A DNA stretch of 64,000 bases from Pavona decussata (lineage: Eukaryota). Numbering within the stretch: position 1 is the first letter of the stretch; each line of letters begins with the position of its first letter. The position numbers and the translations under genes are program-made. This document shows, in pieces, positions 14,662 to 26,787 of this stretch. The notes under the pieces are model-generated. The model ran no database searches. It saw nothing but the letters and a program-made list of their open reading frames with translations, and was not told where the DNA came from. The stretch spans positions 1,426,001 through 1,490,000 of the forward strand of contig CDRNST010000175.1 in the NCBI GenBank assembly GCA_977016875.1. The letters run 5' to 3'.

Positions 14662-14817
14662 CGAATGTGGTTTAGTGTTGTCTGCACTCTTATCGACAAT
14701 AATATTTGTCATCACAGTGGTCAAAATTTGTTGGGGATTCACAAGGCGCAACATTTTGATTACTGTGATGACGAATATCGTCAATGAGAGTGCAGACAAT
14801 GCTAAACCACATTCGAT
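14662..14817. repeat. Imperfect long inverted repeat
   Basis: CGAATGTGGTTTAG...TGTCTGCACTCT...TCATCACAGT pairs with ACTGTGATGA...AGAGTGCAGACA...CTAAACCACATTCG. Confidence 0.6.
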
Positions 14818-15297
14818 TTTTTAATTTTCCATACCTAAGAAAGAGTGGTCAGTCTTCCAGTCTTCAAAACCAAGCTTGGATCCAGACCAGTTTTCACTAT
14901 TTCATGGAAAACGGTCAGAGTTTTACCAATAAGTAGATACAGTGTTTTAGAATAAAAGAAGATAACTGGTTTAAATTTGGAAAATGCCCGTCAGGATGAC
15001 TTGAAAACCCAGGGATGACACTTCTAATTAGAGGTGTGTCCTCAAACCCTCCTAGAATGTTATGACTTCGGCACTCATTATCAACAAAATAGTCACATTT
15101 TTCCTTGGATCCATGCCTGCTTGCAATATGGAATCATTAGGATCAAGCAGTATTTTTTGGTTATTTTTAATAAAACATTTATAATTATTATTCCACTGAA
15201 TTTTTTGGATGTGGGATGATTGTAGCCAACTGGGTGCTAAGCCTCATTGTTTATCAATCATCTCATATCCAATACACTACCCCATAATGAGTTGACT

Positions 15298-16590
15298 TCA
15301 TTGTTGTGAGTTTGAACCAGCAGGCTGACATGGTTCACAAGATATTTCACTTTCACTGCTGTCCTCAGGTTTGCTGCAGTCTTCACATTTGCAAGCAGTC
15401 TTACAATTGTCACAGCAGTTGTGTTTATCATATTGGCATGACAATGAAGAACCAAAATGATGGAGAATCACCTTTCGCCTACAACTCTGTGTAGTACTGT
15501 ATTCTTGCATGACATGCTGCAGAGCCTTTTTCCCTCTACTGATGTCATATGAATTATAATACAGGACAGATTCTGCTTGTTTTCCATTTCTTCCAGCTCT
15601 TCCAGTTTCCTGGAAAAATTTTTCCATGGTGTATGGACACATTGGACACATCTATGCCCACCCCGAAGGCAACTGTTACAAACAGCACTCGAGCCACCGA
15701 AGATTCTGAGATTAAACTTTTCACAAGACTGTTACGGTATTGCTCAGGGTACTGTGCATGATATTGAGCAAACAATCGGTTGGTAAAGAGTGGTAAAGAG
15801 CCAATAGGATAATACTGATATGCTCTGAGTTCTTGCTCAAAGAAGCAGTAGCATTCTCCACATGTCTCAAGGTTGTTGTATACAATTGTCAAGGGTTTTT
15901 CAATGAGTTTTGTTTTAAGTTCGTCTGCAAGTGGCTTTATAATGTTTAATAATTTATCGTCTCCATTGTTTCTCCTTCTTTGGGCGGTATAAAATATGTT
16001 TTCTCTTTTGGGGTTGGCTTCTACAGTAATGGCATTTCTCATGTTCAGGCTGTTTTTAATTTCTCCCCTATACAAGGCAGTAGCTGTTGCTGTCAATGCC
16101 AACATGGGGGCGTCAGGCAAAAAGGTGCCCAAAAGGCTAAGCTTCTGATAAGCAGGCCTGAAGTCTTTCCTAAAAGGGAAAACAATATTATTACCTGGTA
16201 CTTTTTCATTTACACCCTCACATTAATACAGTTAAAAAACAATAATAATCTCATTGCTGGATTTTAATCTGAGCTATAGTGATACAGTATATAGGAGGTA
16301 GCAGGTTTAAGTTGTTGAGGTGTCAGACTTGTTACCCCAAAGGTCCTAGGTTCAACTTCCTGGCTATGCTAGCCTTGCAAAGGGCCTCAGGTCCACTCCC
16401 AAATGTGTTTCTGTCCAATTTGTTTCATTATTGCTGAGAAGCCCTTCTCTGGATAGTTGTTATTATGTATTGCTATGTGTTAGAAAATTATGTATTATTG
16501 TAATTACTATTATTATAAATTCTTATACCGCTCGTAAATGCAAATGAGCTTCATTTTGGATGTCAATCACAGCAGTCTTTTGTGTGTGGT
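15298..16590 (-). pseudogene. RecQ-like SF2 helicase, convergent with the Academ transposase (AcademH architecture)
   Basis: Degenerate VID..EAH exon at about 16530-16590; KDFRPAY, LALTATAT, VTVAFGVGID, QETGRAGRNG, and CRR..IL.HF...CCDNC (RQC Zn site). Confidence 0.8.
16297..16375 (+). mobile_element. Possible tRNA-derived SINE head
   Basis: Degenerate A-box-like and B-box-like (GGTTCAA) motifs with tRNA-like spacing; no intact cloverleaf. Confidence 0.3.
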
Positions 16591-16984
16591 ATTGTTAAAG
16601 TGACAATTCGCGGGAAGCATCTATTCATTGAAACATAACAGAAAAATAATGCAACACAAAAGAACGAAAGGCGAAGTTTATCAGCAGAAGTTGCGTGACT
16701 AAACTAAAATAAATAAAAAGTTGCCCTGCGCTATCAAGGAAGTGATAATATTTAGGTTATACGATGACAAACGACAGTTCCCAATAAGAATGGGCATTAT
16801 GTATGCTATCATTGCGATAAAAAAGGAGTAAAACAGATAATAACAGTCTCCAGTGAATTGAAAGTAATTTGCATAATCGAGCGATTTTCTGGAGTGCCAT
16901 TAGGCGTGGTCAGTGCTAACCAATAGTTAATTGCAGGCCAAAGCGATTTGCTGGGTTGCCATTAACCATTTGCTCAGATTGTGT

Positions 16985-17450
16985 GCTTTTTTTATATATT
17001 TTTTTTATTTTGAAAAACACAATACTTACAATACAATAATAACACCACTTACACTTATTACAATGCTTATTTACATTACTCTACTTACGGTCACTAATAA
17101 TTGCACTTCTTACAGTATCCAACTCTACTAACAACACAAACGGCTAACTTTACTAATAGATACAAAAAGTACTATTTTTTTTAGCATTGCACAACGAACA
17201 CACACCGACAATGGCGACGCCCAGTTAACTCTCTAACAAAAATTAAACTAATCTTGAAGCTTCCAACTTATCGAATTTTTCTGCAAGACTTTTCACAAGA
17301 CGACTCAGCTCCGCAACGTTTTCTGCTGACATATTAGACTAAACTTTAAGCTTTTTTCCTGAGCGCATAATACTCATATTAACAACTTTGAAGCCATTTT
17401 AGATACTTTTCAAGCAGAGCACGGAACGGCACGTCTTACTACCTTGAAGC
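16985..17450 (-). mobile_element. Probable 3' tail fragment of a non-LTR retrotransposon
   Basis: Plus-strand T-run followed by ACA/TAC-rich low-complexity sequence, resembling the 3' tail at about 18490-18560. Confidence 0.35.
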
Positions 17451-19889
17451 CATGCCCAGTCCTCATGCAACTCCAGATTTTGTGCTTGGTACAGGACTAT
17501 TTTCTCCATCGTCATCGCTCTCATCACTTTCTTCTATACTTTCTTTCTTTTTCTCTTGTGTAGCTATGGCACTGAAGAAGAATGCCGCATTTGGTATACC
17601 TGAGAAAATTCAATCAAAACTGTTTTTCAAGGTCACGAAGCTTAGTTTGAAGAGAAAAGCAACCAGGAGCTGAGTCGAACCTGAGATTTCTCTATCACAA
17701 ATCCTGCTTGTGGCAGATGCGATTCCAAGATGTCAGAAGGTCTTTTTCCTTCCCGTTAAATACGCATTTTGCACTAATAACGCTGCACTGACCAGCAACA
17801 ACGGAACTCATGTAACATAAGGCGGCTCCTCGAATGGCCTCGCTGTTTAACTGTTTACTTGGCTGTTGTGCTGTCAGCATCCTCAACAGATTGACAGTGG
17901 ACAGAAATGAAGCCCAAGCTTGCTTCTTATATAGACCACTAGTACTTGCTAAGTGGCTATGAATATATGAATTTCACAAAGTGATGCATATTTCTGCCTT
18001 AAAAGGATTGCATCTCTGTTTTAAACACCTCCTCTACTTTAGAGGTCCTGACGTACTGTTTCTTCCACTATGATAAGCTAATTACAATATTATTCTTTGC
18101 AACTTGCTGTCACTTGTTGCAGTAATTTTCTAACTCAGGCAGATTTTGGTGTTGATTCTTTGTCCTAGAGCAATTGTTAATTTTGACAGCTTCTAGTTTT
18201 TGCGTGTTTTTTTAATGCTTCTCTTTTTTTATTAAAATGCTTCACAATGTATGTGCAAACTTGTGAAAAGGCAGACGTGATGATTAGACTTGAAAACTAC
18301 TCGCAAAGTGTCGTGTCTTCCTTGATTATGTTACCAGAAGAAATCGAAAACAATTAGATACAAAGCAATGAAAAGAGGCTTCGACAACCCAACAAATTTG
18401 ATAGTGCATACGTTGTCTTGTAAAATCCATGTCAGTAGTCACAAAATTGCATGTTGGGTTAAATCTGATCATTTTTTTAAAATATTTACTGCTTTTTTAC
18501 ATTATGTTTTTACAAAACAATACATACAACAATACTACAGTAGAGTGACAGTAAAGTGACAAAGGTAACAAAGCTGCGATACATGTTCTAGGTAACTAAA
18601 CTAAATAAGTGCTAGCAAGGGCTTCCATAAATATAAAAACATATCTTTCTGACCTTTTGAGTATGCGATTTATCTTTGAATTAACAGTTTTTCTTTTACC
18701 AGCTCGAGAAAGAGGGAGAGATTGGGTAATTTATGTTCGTATTTTTGCAGAAAAACATGTCTTTTGCTAAGTAGAATATAGTAATTAAAGATATAGGGGC
18801 TAGAACTTCCAGGATAATAGCCGTACATTATTCCTAATTCATCAAAATTGTAAATAACGTTATTTTGATTATTCCACCAGAGTAGGACTGAATTCCAATA
18901 GTCTCGTATATTGGGACAGTTAACTTACATGTGCAGTAGCGATTCTACTTCATTACAAAATTCGCAGAGGGGAGATTCTGAGATGTTCATTTTATACAGT
19001 AGGTTTCTGCAAGGTAAAATGTTATGAATTATCTTATACTGAAATATACTTGGTTTCGTTTCTCGTGTTATTCTAAATGGTAATTTATAAATTGCACTGA
19101 TCATCGTCTCATCTACACCTAACCTTTGTAACCTAGAGCTAGCTAATGGTTCTTTAAATTTCTTTTGAATAAGCATATTCCTGGCTCTTTTGCAAGTAAT
19201 ACTAGAATGAATAGTCGGTTGGTCATCTTGTCAATTCCTACCATTTATTGATTGTAACTCACACTTCCACTCTGATGGTATTGCAGTTATTAAACCCCAG
19301 AGGTTGGTGAATGGCGTGGTGAGCTTAAATTTTCATATGAAAGGAAATTGCCATCCTCTTCTAATAAATCTTTGATTCTAAGACTTCCAGCGGCATGCCA
19401 GTTTTCCCAGTATACAGATTTACCTCCAATGGTAATGCTTTTATTATTCCAAATAATGACCTCTCTAATATCCTGTTTACTTAGAGGGGTAAATCTTGCA
19501 ACATGAATTTCTGCCCAAGCTTTTAAAATGTCGATATAGAAAGCTGGCATGCTCTTTAGTTCTAGAAGACTTAAATCGTAATTACAGTCAAAAATGAGAG
19601 TCGTCCAACATTTTTCAGATAATAAGATGGAATAATCATCCAATCTTCATCAGTACTGTCCTTCATTCTTTTTACCCAGGCACATAGCAAAGATTTTGTA
19701 ATTATTTTATATTCTGGTAAATCTAAGCCTCCTCTTTCTTTTGCCCCAATAAGTGTGTCTCTTTTTATTTTTGGTTTTTTACCGTTCCAAACTAAGTCAG
19801 CTATTAATTTGTTAACATATTTTTTTATGAACACTGGAATGTTTTCCGATAATTTGTCTGTGTATTCATAGTCTTCCAGAAGTGAATTG

Positions 19890-20654
19890 TTAAATTTCCT
19901 GAATCCCGGTCCTCTTGGGTGTTGTAATCGTGTTCGAATATCCATTGTAACCAGAGTGGTCGCAGTGCGGTGCATATTTTATCTCACAACTCTGCATGAG
20001 GGACCTTTGTATAAAATCTTTTGTAATAAACCATAAATCTAGTCTGCATTTTATTTTCAAGTCTTGAGTTCGCCAAGTAAAATCTTTTTCTTTTGGATGC
20101 AGCGATCTCCACACGTCCTCTAAATTTAGAAAACTTATTAAACTTTTGATCTCTTCAATGACGTTCTTTTTGAAAGATGTGTCACCGCCTCCTACTTTGT
20201 CATTCTCGGATAGAGGACAATTAAAATCACCTCCCATAATGACGTTTTCGTTGTGAAACCACTCGAGATGCTTTTTTAACTCACTGAAAAATTTAACTTG
20301 TGCTTGGATATCATTCGGTGCATAAACATTAACGCATAACACAGTCAGATCTTCGATAACGACTTTGAGGATTAGTATTCTGCCGTCTTCACTTTGTAAT
20401 ATAGTTTCAGTAAAAACATGCATTTTGGGATTGAAAAGAATAGCGACACCTTTGCTATGTTTACTTCCATGACTGAAATAAATTGTGGAGCCCCATTCAT
20501 TGCTCCAGATTTTTTCTTGATCGGGGGAACTATAAGTTTCCTGCAGAAAAATGACGGAGGCTCTCCTATTATGTAATTGTCTGAAAATAGCTCTTCTCTT
20601 TCTGGAAGCATTTAAACCTCTTACATTAAGTGTAACAAAACTCAATTTATGCAT
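19890..20654 (-). CDS. L1/Tx1 ORF2 apurinic-like endonuclease domain
   Basis: TLNVRGL, FLQET, NVYAPN, GGDFN, DVWR, TW, RLD, DH motifs. Confidence 0.9.
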   Translation of the reverse strand: MHKLSFVTLNVRGLNASRKRRAIFRQLHNRRASVIFLQETYSSPDQEKIWSNEWGSTIYFSHGSKHSKGVAILFNPKMHVFTETILQSEDGRILILKVVIEDLTVLCVNVYAPNDIQAQVKFFSELKKHLEWFHNENVIMGGDFNCPLSENDKVGGGDTSFKKNVIEEIKSLISFLNLEDVWRSLHPKEKDFTWRTQDLKIKCRLDLWFITKDFIQRSLMQSCEIKYAPHCDHSGYNGYSNTITTPKRTGIQEI

Positions 20655-21141
20655 TATACAAAGGATAAATTGTTCAACCTATGTTTGAAAGCTTAGATTG
20701 CGAAACTTGCTATTCCATGTGTATCACGCGCATAACGTTCAAACATAAACTACTAAAACAAATAACAGTTTACCTCCAACGAGGTGTGATCTAATTTTAG
20801 ACGTTGCTGTGCGGAGTTCCAACAACTTTGGGATGGATATCTGAGCTTCCGCTGAGCTTGGACAAAACAAAAATAAGTCTTTCTTCATCTTTTTGCATTT
20901 CGTCAGCTTCTAGTCACTCAAGCTTATATCAAGTCCAAAATGAAAAATTATTTTGCTTTGCTGTCACTACGCTCCTACCTGTGTTTGGATTCGTTATCTT
21001 TCTCCCTCTGTTCTTTCAATTGCTTCAGCTCTTTCTCTGGGATAACTTTCGCTTTTCCATTGCTGTCAACGCATTTCAAAATAGCAGGATACACGATGAA
21101 GACTTTAGAGCCTGCACCAAGCTTCTGCTGGAGATATTCCT

Positions 21142-21834
21142 TTACCGGGGCAATCGCTTTTCATTCCTTTGAGTTTTCTTTCCGAAATCTTCACTTATAC
21201 CGATGAGCTTCCCGCCCAATGGGTTGTCCTTTAATCTGGCAGCGGCATTTGAGATCACTTTCATTTTATTAGAGTGGCGCAGGAAGGCCACATGTATCGG
21301 TCTCGGTCTTTGTTTACCTCCGTTGTCATTCCGTAGCTTCGTTGGCATTCGATGTGCTCGTTCAATTTCCACCTCCCATCCACAGAGCATTTCCAAACCC
21401 ATGTGCGTTGATACAAAATTCTGAATAAAGCTTATACAATTGTCTCCTTCAGCTTTCTCTGGCACATAATAAAACAGAAGATAGTTCCTTCGTGACCTGT
21501 TGCGCAGTTCTTCGACCTCCTTTTGTAGTGCTTCAACCTTGCTTTTATCGGCTTTCTGCGCGGTAGCCATCTTTGCATCTTCAACATCTTTCTTCATAGA
21601 GTTCAAGCCAATTTCAATTTCTGCAACAGTATCTTTGAGCTCTTTGGATTCAGTTTCAATTTTCTTTAGCCTCTCGTGGATTTGGTCCAGCAAGTCGAGC
21701 TTCTCTAGTTTCTTTAGTTTCTCAAGGATAGATTTCATCATGGCGTTGCCCGCTTTGTCGCCTGGGTGCATCCCTTCTTCGTCTTTGCTACTTGGAATGC
21801 GAAAGCGCTTTTCGCTTGGTTTCTTTGAGCTCAT
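21142..21834 (-). CDS. L1/Tx1 ORF1p (coiled coil plus RRM); C-terminus frameshifted to about 20970
   Basis: LRNRSRRNYLLFYYVPE...EIERAHR...RPRPIHVAF...ISEDF. Confidence 0.85.
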   Translation of the reverse strand: MSSKKPSEKRFRIPSSKDEEGMHPGDKAGNAMMKSILEKLKKLEKLDLLDQIHERLKKIETESKELKDTVAEIEIGLNSMKKDVEDAKMATAQKADKSKVEALQKEVEELRNRSRRNYLLFYYVPEKAEGDNCISFIQNFVSTHMGLEMLCGWEVEIERAHRMPTKLRNDNGGKQRPRPIHVAFLRHSNKMKVISNAAARLKDNPLGGKLIGISEDFGKKTQRNEKRLPR

Positions 21835-21969
21835 TAAGCTTGTGCTTAAGGGTTTTAAACTTTTGCATTATACTGGCCTGAAGACGTTGAGAAAATTAGG
21901 TTATACACGCTGTTTCGCTGGAGCTCAAGCAGAATACGTCTATACCATCTTGCCGCCTATGCAAATCTG

Positions 21970-22710
21970 ATCATTGTTTATTCATATTCCCATCAAATCC
22001 TTGAGAACCACTTCTTCTGCTTCAATAGTAGAAGTTTGTGTTGCTTATATTACACATAATCCATTGCATGACACTGCAAGTTTGCAGGTCAGACAAACTT
22101 TTAACATACAGCTGGAAGATTAGGATTTCAGGGAATTAACGGGGGCGTGAATCTATAATCATGTTACTGCTTTATAATATCGTAAGTATGTACATATAAA
22201 ATAAATGCAATAATAAACTTACAGTAGACATGAGAAGTAAATCATTGTTTATTCATATTCCCGTCAAATCCTTGAGAACCATGTCTTCCGCCTAAATAGT
22301 AGAAGTTTGTGTTGCTTGTAATATATGAGACATAATCCATTGCATGACACTGCAAGTTTGCAGGTCAGACAAACTTTTAACATACAGGTGGAAGATTAGG
22401 ATTTCAGGGAATGAACGGGGACATGAATCTATAATCATGTTACTGCTTTATATTACTGTAAGTATATGGGTATAAAATAAATTCAATAATATACGTACAG
22501 TAAACATGAGAAATAAATCATTGTGAATTCATATTCCCGTCAAATCCTTGAGAACCATGTCTTCCGCCTAAATAGTAGAAGTTTTTGTTGCTTATAATAT
22601 ATTACTCATAATCCACTGCATGACACTGCAAGTTTGCAGGTCAGGGAAACTTTAAACATACAGGCGGAAGATAAGGATTTCAGGGAATGATCGGGGACAT
22701 GAATCTATTT
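21970..22710. repeat. Tandem repeat, about 271-277-bp unit, about 2.7 copies
   Basis: ATCATTGT..ATTCATATTCCC.TCAAATCCTTGAGAACCA recurs at about 21970, 22241 and 22518. Confidence 0.9.
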
Positions 22711-22799
22711 ATTAGTTTATTTTTGTCATGTTGAGAATGGATCATACAGAAAGAAACAAATCACCGTTGTAGCTATTATCTGGTAAGGAACCAGGAAGT

Positions 22800-23502
22800 T
22801 TGGGAGACGATCCTTCCTTCCTTCACGTTTCCCAAAAATTTGGCGTATCATGTCTTTAACGTTTGAGTTTATCCAATTTTGTACCGATTTTGTTTGGCGA
22901 ATCTGCAAGATATACTGGTCCTTCATTCGGTTTTCAGCAAGTCTACTTCGAAAAATTTGCCTAATTTTAACTGATTTTTAGTTTTGTTGCCAGTTTCGAT
23001 GCGTGTTAGAGGAGCATTCCCTTTGCATGAACTTGTTCCTTTTAATCGTGGACCTTTTAGCTTAAAGCAGAACATATTTTATCTAAGTAGGAACAAAATG
23101 TTAATTTTTAGCTCAAATCAGAACGATTTGTTCCAATTTGCTTTTGTTAAGGGAACAAATAGTTCCCAAATTGACAGTTTAGGAACAACAGCTTGTTCCC
23201 TTCGTAATTTGAGAAACAAATGTTCCTATTGATAGGTTCCTTTTTACAATAATTGTTCCTTTTCAGTAAAGTGTGGAACGTTCATTCCGATTTGCTTTTT
23301 TGTTAATGGACCAAATAGTTCCCAAATTGACATTTTAGGAACAACGGCTCGTTCCCTTTTGCAATTTGACGAACAAATGTTCGTATTGATAGGTTCCTTT
23401 TTACAATAGTTGTTCCTTTTCACTAGCGTGTGGAACGTTCGTTCCGATTTGTTTTTTGTTAAGGGAACAAATAGCTCCCAAATTGACTAATAGGGAACAA
23501 CA
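22800..23502. repeat. About 340-bp leader plus 156-bp GGAAC/GTTCC-rich tandem repeat (locus 1), cut by the Penelope-like insertion
   Basis: TTTGTTAA(G/T)GGA(A/C)CAAATAG(T/C)TCCC at about 23144, 23299 and 23455; leader and repeats are homologous to 31950-33310. Confidence 0.85.
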
Positions 23503-23605
23503 TGCCGTTTCCCAGCGAAGTGCCCCAAGACGAGCCAAGTGGATTTAATAAAAACTAAACTAGTGAGCAGCACTCTGCGAACTGTAGTTGTATAACTTCT
23601 TATTT

Positions 23606-23648
23606 CTCCTACGCGTTTCGTGTGACTAACGCACACTTCGTCAGGGAG
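23606..23648 (-). ncRNA. Minimal type I hammerhead ribozyme (3' pLTR)
   Basis: Minus strand CUCC-CUGACGA-A-GUGUG-loop-CACAC-GAAA-CGCG-UA-GGAG: stem I, conserved core, stem II, palindromic CGCG stem III, GUA cleavage triplet. Confidence 0.85.
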
Positions 23649-23873
23649 TTTAACAATACAGCATGATGCGCCTGTATATATACCTAACTCATGCTTAGAG
23701 TTAACATATTTTCGTAAAAACACACCTACGGAATTGCAGATAGGAAAGCCAAACCCCGCGGTAATGTGTCTAGGAAACAGGCGGTAGATTTGGGCAAGGC
23801 GTGACATACTTTGTGCGTGATATAATTTTGGGGCCCACAGTTTAAGCTAAAACTGTGGGCCCCAAAAAATAAC

Positions 23874-25562
23874 TTACTTACAAATATTAGCTAATGTCGC
23901 AGTTTTCTTGTAACATATAGTACAATCTAATTCTGGTAAGATAGTGCTAACAACACTCTTAATACATGCGTGACTACAGTTAAAGGTAGTCTTAAAAACA
24001 ATAGTCCTACCCAAGCTAGACTTATTCTTAGGTTTCTTGTAAAGCCATTTCTTTCTGTCACTGTATCGTATTTCACGAAACAATGGAAGCAGAAAGCTGA
24101 AAGGATACCCCCTAACTCGTAGTCGCTTCCAGAACTTTTCCCTAGTTTCATTAAATGAATTAGAGGAAGAACTGTTTCTAGCGTATCTAATTAATTCCCC
24201 TTTGATAAAGGCTTTCTTATTGCTAGAAGTGTGAAACGACTCGAAGGGTATGTACAGATATTTGTTAAGAGGCCTTCGAAAGGTGGAAAATTGCAGCACG
24301 TTCGAAGAGGTATCTCTATAGAGAAACAAATCCAGAAAAGAAATGCTACTCTCCCTAATACAATAAGTAAGTTTGATTCGATCAGTTTTGCTATTGAGAG
24401 CGTTAAGAAATTCAAAGAGGGTACCTTTGGGCCCACACCAGATAGCAAAAAGGTCATCAATAAAACGCTTGTATAACATTAGATATTGGGCGTAATATTC
24501 CACAATATCCTTCTCGTGATGAAACATAAAAGTGTTAGCCACCGTGACTGCGAAAGGCGTGCCCATAGCGATTCCAAACACTTGGTGAAAAATATCCGGG
24601 CTAAATTCTGAAGATATGTAATTATTATCAAAAACCAGTCGGGCGAGCTGAATCAACAATGGAGTCTCGGGAACCCTTGCTTCCTGAAGGAGCAGGTCGA
24701 GCGTGATTAGTGCTTTCTTCGTATCCCCGTTTGGATACAGGGATATGACATCCGCCGTGACCAGAAAGCAATCGGTATTGGGTAAAACCGTGTTCTCCAA
24801 TTATTGAATAAGCTCACCCGAGTCCCTAAGAACAGTAGGCATACGTGTTTTAGGCTTAGCAAGCTCGTCGATGAAAATACTAAAAGGCCTAGTAATATAT
24901 GAATGAGAAGCAGCGATTGGTCTTCCCACCATAGGATTCTTATGGATCTAAGGGATAATGTGAAACTTAGCCGGACTAACAAAATGATCGAAACTACACA
25001 AAAAGCGAGCTACATTAGAGGAGATAAATCTACTATAAATAAATAAAAGCTTTTCGCGAGAGTTAATAACATTAAGACGGCTTTCATACCAGTCCTGTTG
25101 CGTGACTTTACGATATGACAGTTCGTCATGCAAATGCTTAATTGTCTCAGCTTGAACCCAATCCGTAGACAATGGTGCAGGCTCCATGTTTTTATCTGTA
25201 GGCAAAACTTTAATGTTCGGGTTGGATTTCAGCTCTTGCAGTTCTTTTCGCTCCTGTTTTGTAAGATTGTTCTTCCAGTGCGGTATGTTAACTGTGATGT
25301 TATCGCGTAGCTGCTTGCGTACAGCAAAGAGTTTGTCTTCAAGTTCTGGGTTTTCTCGCGGTGGATTCCAGCCAGTTGGGACGTAAAGTCTGGGGTTGAA
25401 ATCCGTGTCTTGTAAACAATTGGCGAACTTATCTTGAAGGCGAACTCTCCGACAGAAGTGTTTGATCTGCAGGTTGAACTGAGCAACACTCGGGGGTCGA
25501 CGCGAAGGTCTGAACTTTAATCCTATGCCAAGGACCCTGGACTGCCGATCAATAAGCTGCAC
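23874..25562 (-). pseudogene. Penelope-like reverse transcriptase (frameshifted and stop-interrupted)
   Basis: GLKFRP, LPTDKN, PKIHK..VGRPI, ADVISLYPN, GIAMGTPFA, YKRFIDD, ISFLDL, FIKGELIRY. The ORF ends YKKTATLANICK with no GIY-YIG domain. Confidence 0.9.
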
Positions 25563-25641
25563 TGAAGTAAAGTTATGGATTTCCGAGTTTCGTGGTATTT
25601 AATCAAAGAGAACAACCATTTCTCTCTCGGAGAGCGACTGT

Positions 25642-26481
25642 CTATTTTACGTGGCCGGAGCCTTTTCCTCGGGCGTTTTTTGAAGACGATCGAGGTTGGT
25701 TAGAACGCTTCGCTGGCGAGGGCCGACTTTGACATGGCTTGCCATTGCGTTTGCCGCCAGGTTTTTTGCCCACGAGAGAAACTTTACAATTTCCTTCTGG
25801 TGGGTTCGTAGTGGCCATCGCATGAAGGGCTTCGTTTCGGACGATGTCTCTGATGGACTCCTCCGAAGGCACGAAAACCTCGTTGTCGTCCATTTTTTCA
25901 CTTCTGGTGACCTTGCGGTTGATCTCTGTTTGAAGAGCTTGAGAGGCTCGCGAGACCGCAGTGTGCTTGGTGATCGGCTCAACAAATGCTATGGCGGTCT
26001 CAACGAGACTGTTCGCTTGCAACTCCGAAATTTCGTTCTTTAGAAGCTCTACTTTTCAGCGTGCTATGGTGCCATCGACGTTGGCGGAAGCGACGCGGAC
26101 GTCCTCCTGATGGTCTTTAATCTCAGAGCAGAGATTCTCGATGGTAGCTTCCAGCATCTTCACTACTGCCTCGCGAATAATATCATCGAATTTGGCTTGA
26201 AGTGTTTCCATGTTTTTGCCTTTGGCTTGAATACTTGCGATCCTTAGGCCAACTGGGATGGTGCCCTTGCTCAAATGCTCATCTAGCCGCTTTACTCTGG
26301 ACAAGAGGTTAGAATGGGCTTTGTCGGCATCCACTCGCAATCGAACTGCCTTTTGAAGAACAGTTTCGATCGTGGAATCCAGGCTGGGACAGCTACGCTC
26401 TGGAAGTGGCTCTGAATCCAACTGTGCTGAAGAACGGCGGTGCTTTGGTCCTAAGCAACTAGTTCCATTTTCGTTCGACAT
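25642..26481 (-). pseudogene. PLE upstream ORF (coiled coil plus basic C-terminus)
   Basis: IPVGLRI motif, heptad-rich segment, K/R-rich end; one internal stop at about 26056. Confidence 0.6.
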
Positions 26482-26576
26482 GATGTGGCTTCTTCTAGTA
26501 TTGACTGAGACAATTCAATAAAGACTAAACTAGTGAGCAGCACTCTGCAAACTGTTGTTGTATAACTTCTTTATTT

Positions 26577-26619
26577 CTCCTACGCGTTTCGTGTAACTAA
26601 CGCACACTTCGTCAGGGAG
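26577..26619 (-). ncRNA. Minimal type I hammerhead ribozyme (5' pLTR)
   Basis: Same motif; one C>U change in stem II leaves a G-U pair. Confidence 0.85.
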
Positions 26620-26787
26620 TTTAACAAAACAACATGATGCGCCTGTATATATACCTAACTCATGCTTAGAGTTTACATATTTTCGTAAAAACACACCCAC
26701 GGAATTGCATACAGGAAAGCCAAACCCCGCGGTAATGTGTCTAGGAAACAGGCGGTAGATTTGGGCAAGGCGTGACATACTTTGTGC

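Larger units (their letters stand above)
18490..21960 (-). mobile_element. L1/Tx1-clade non-LTR retrotransposon with internally deleted RT
   Basis: 5' end GGCGGCAAGATGG; ORF1 with coiled coil and L1-type RRM; ORF2 with APE; C-terminal zf-RVT (FQYKIIHNIL...CEFC..ESLLH); A-rich 3' tail. Confidence 0.85.

Noticed and set aside
15298-16590. Host RecQ/BLM/WRN gene
   Set aside because: Frameshifted, minimal, and convergent with a transposase as in AcademH.
17452-18130. Coding-like remnant
   Set aside because: Fragmented, with no motif I can recognise.
23487-23807. Short pLTR ORF containing GIY as a GIY-YIG endonuclease
   Set aside because: No YIG, Arg or Glu motifs follow; it overlaps the ribozyme and differs in length between the two repeats.
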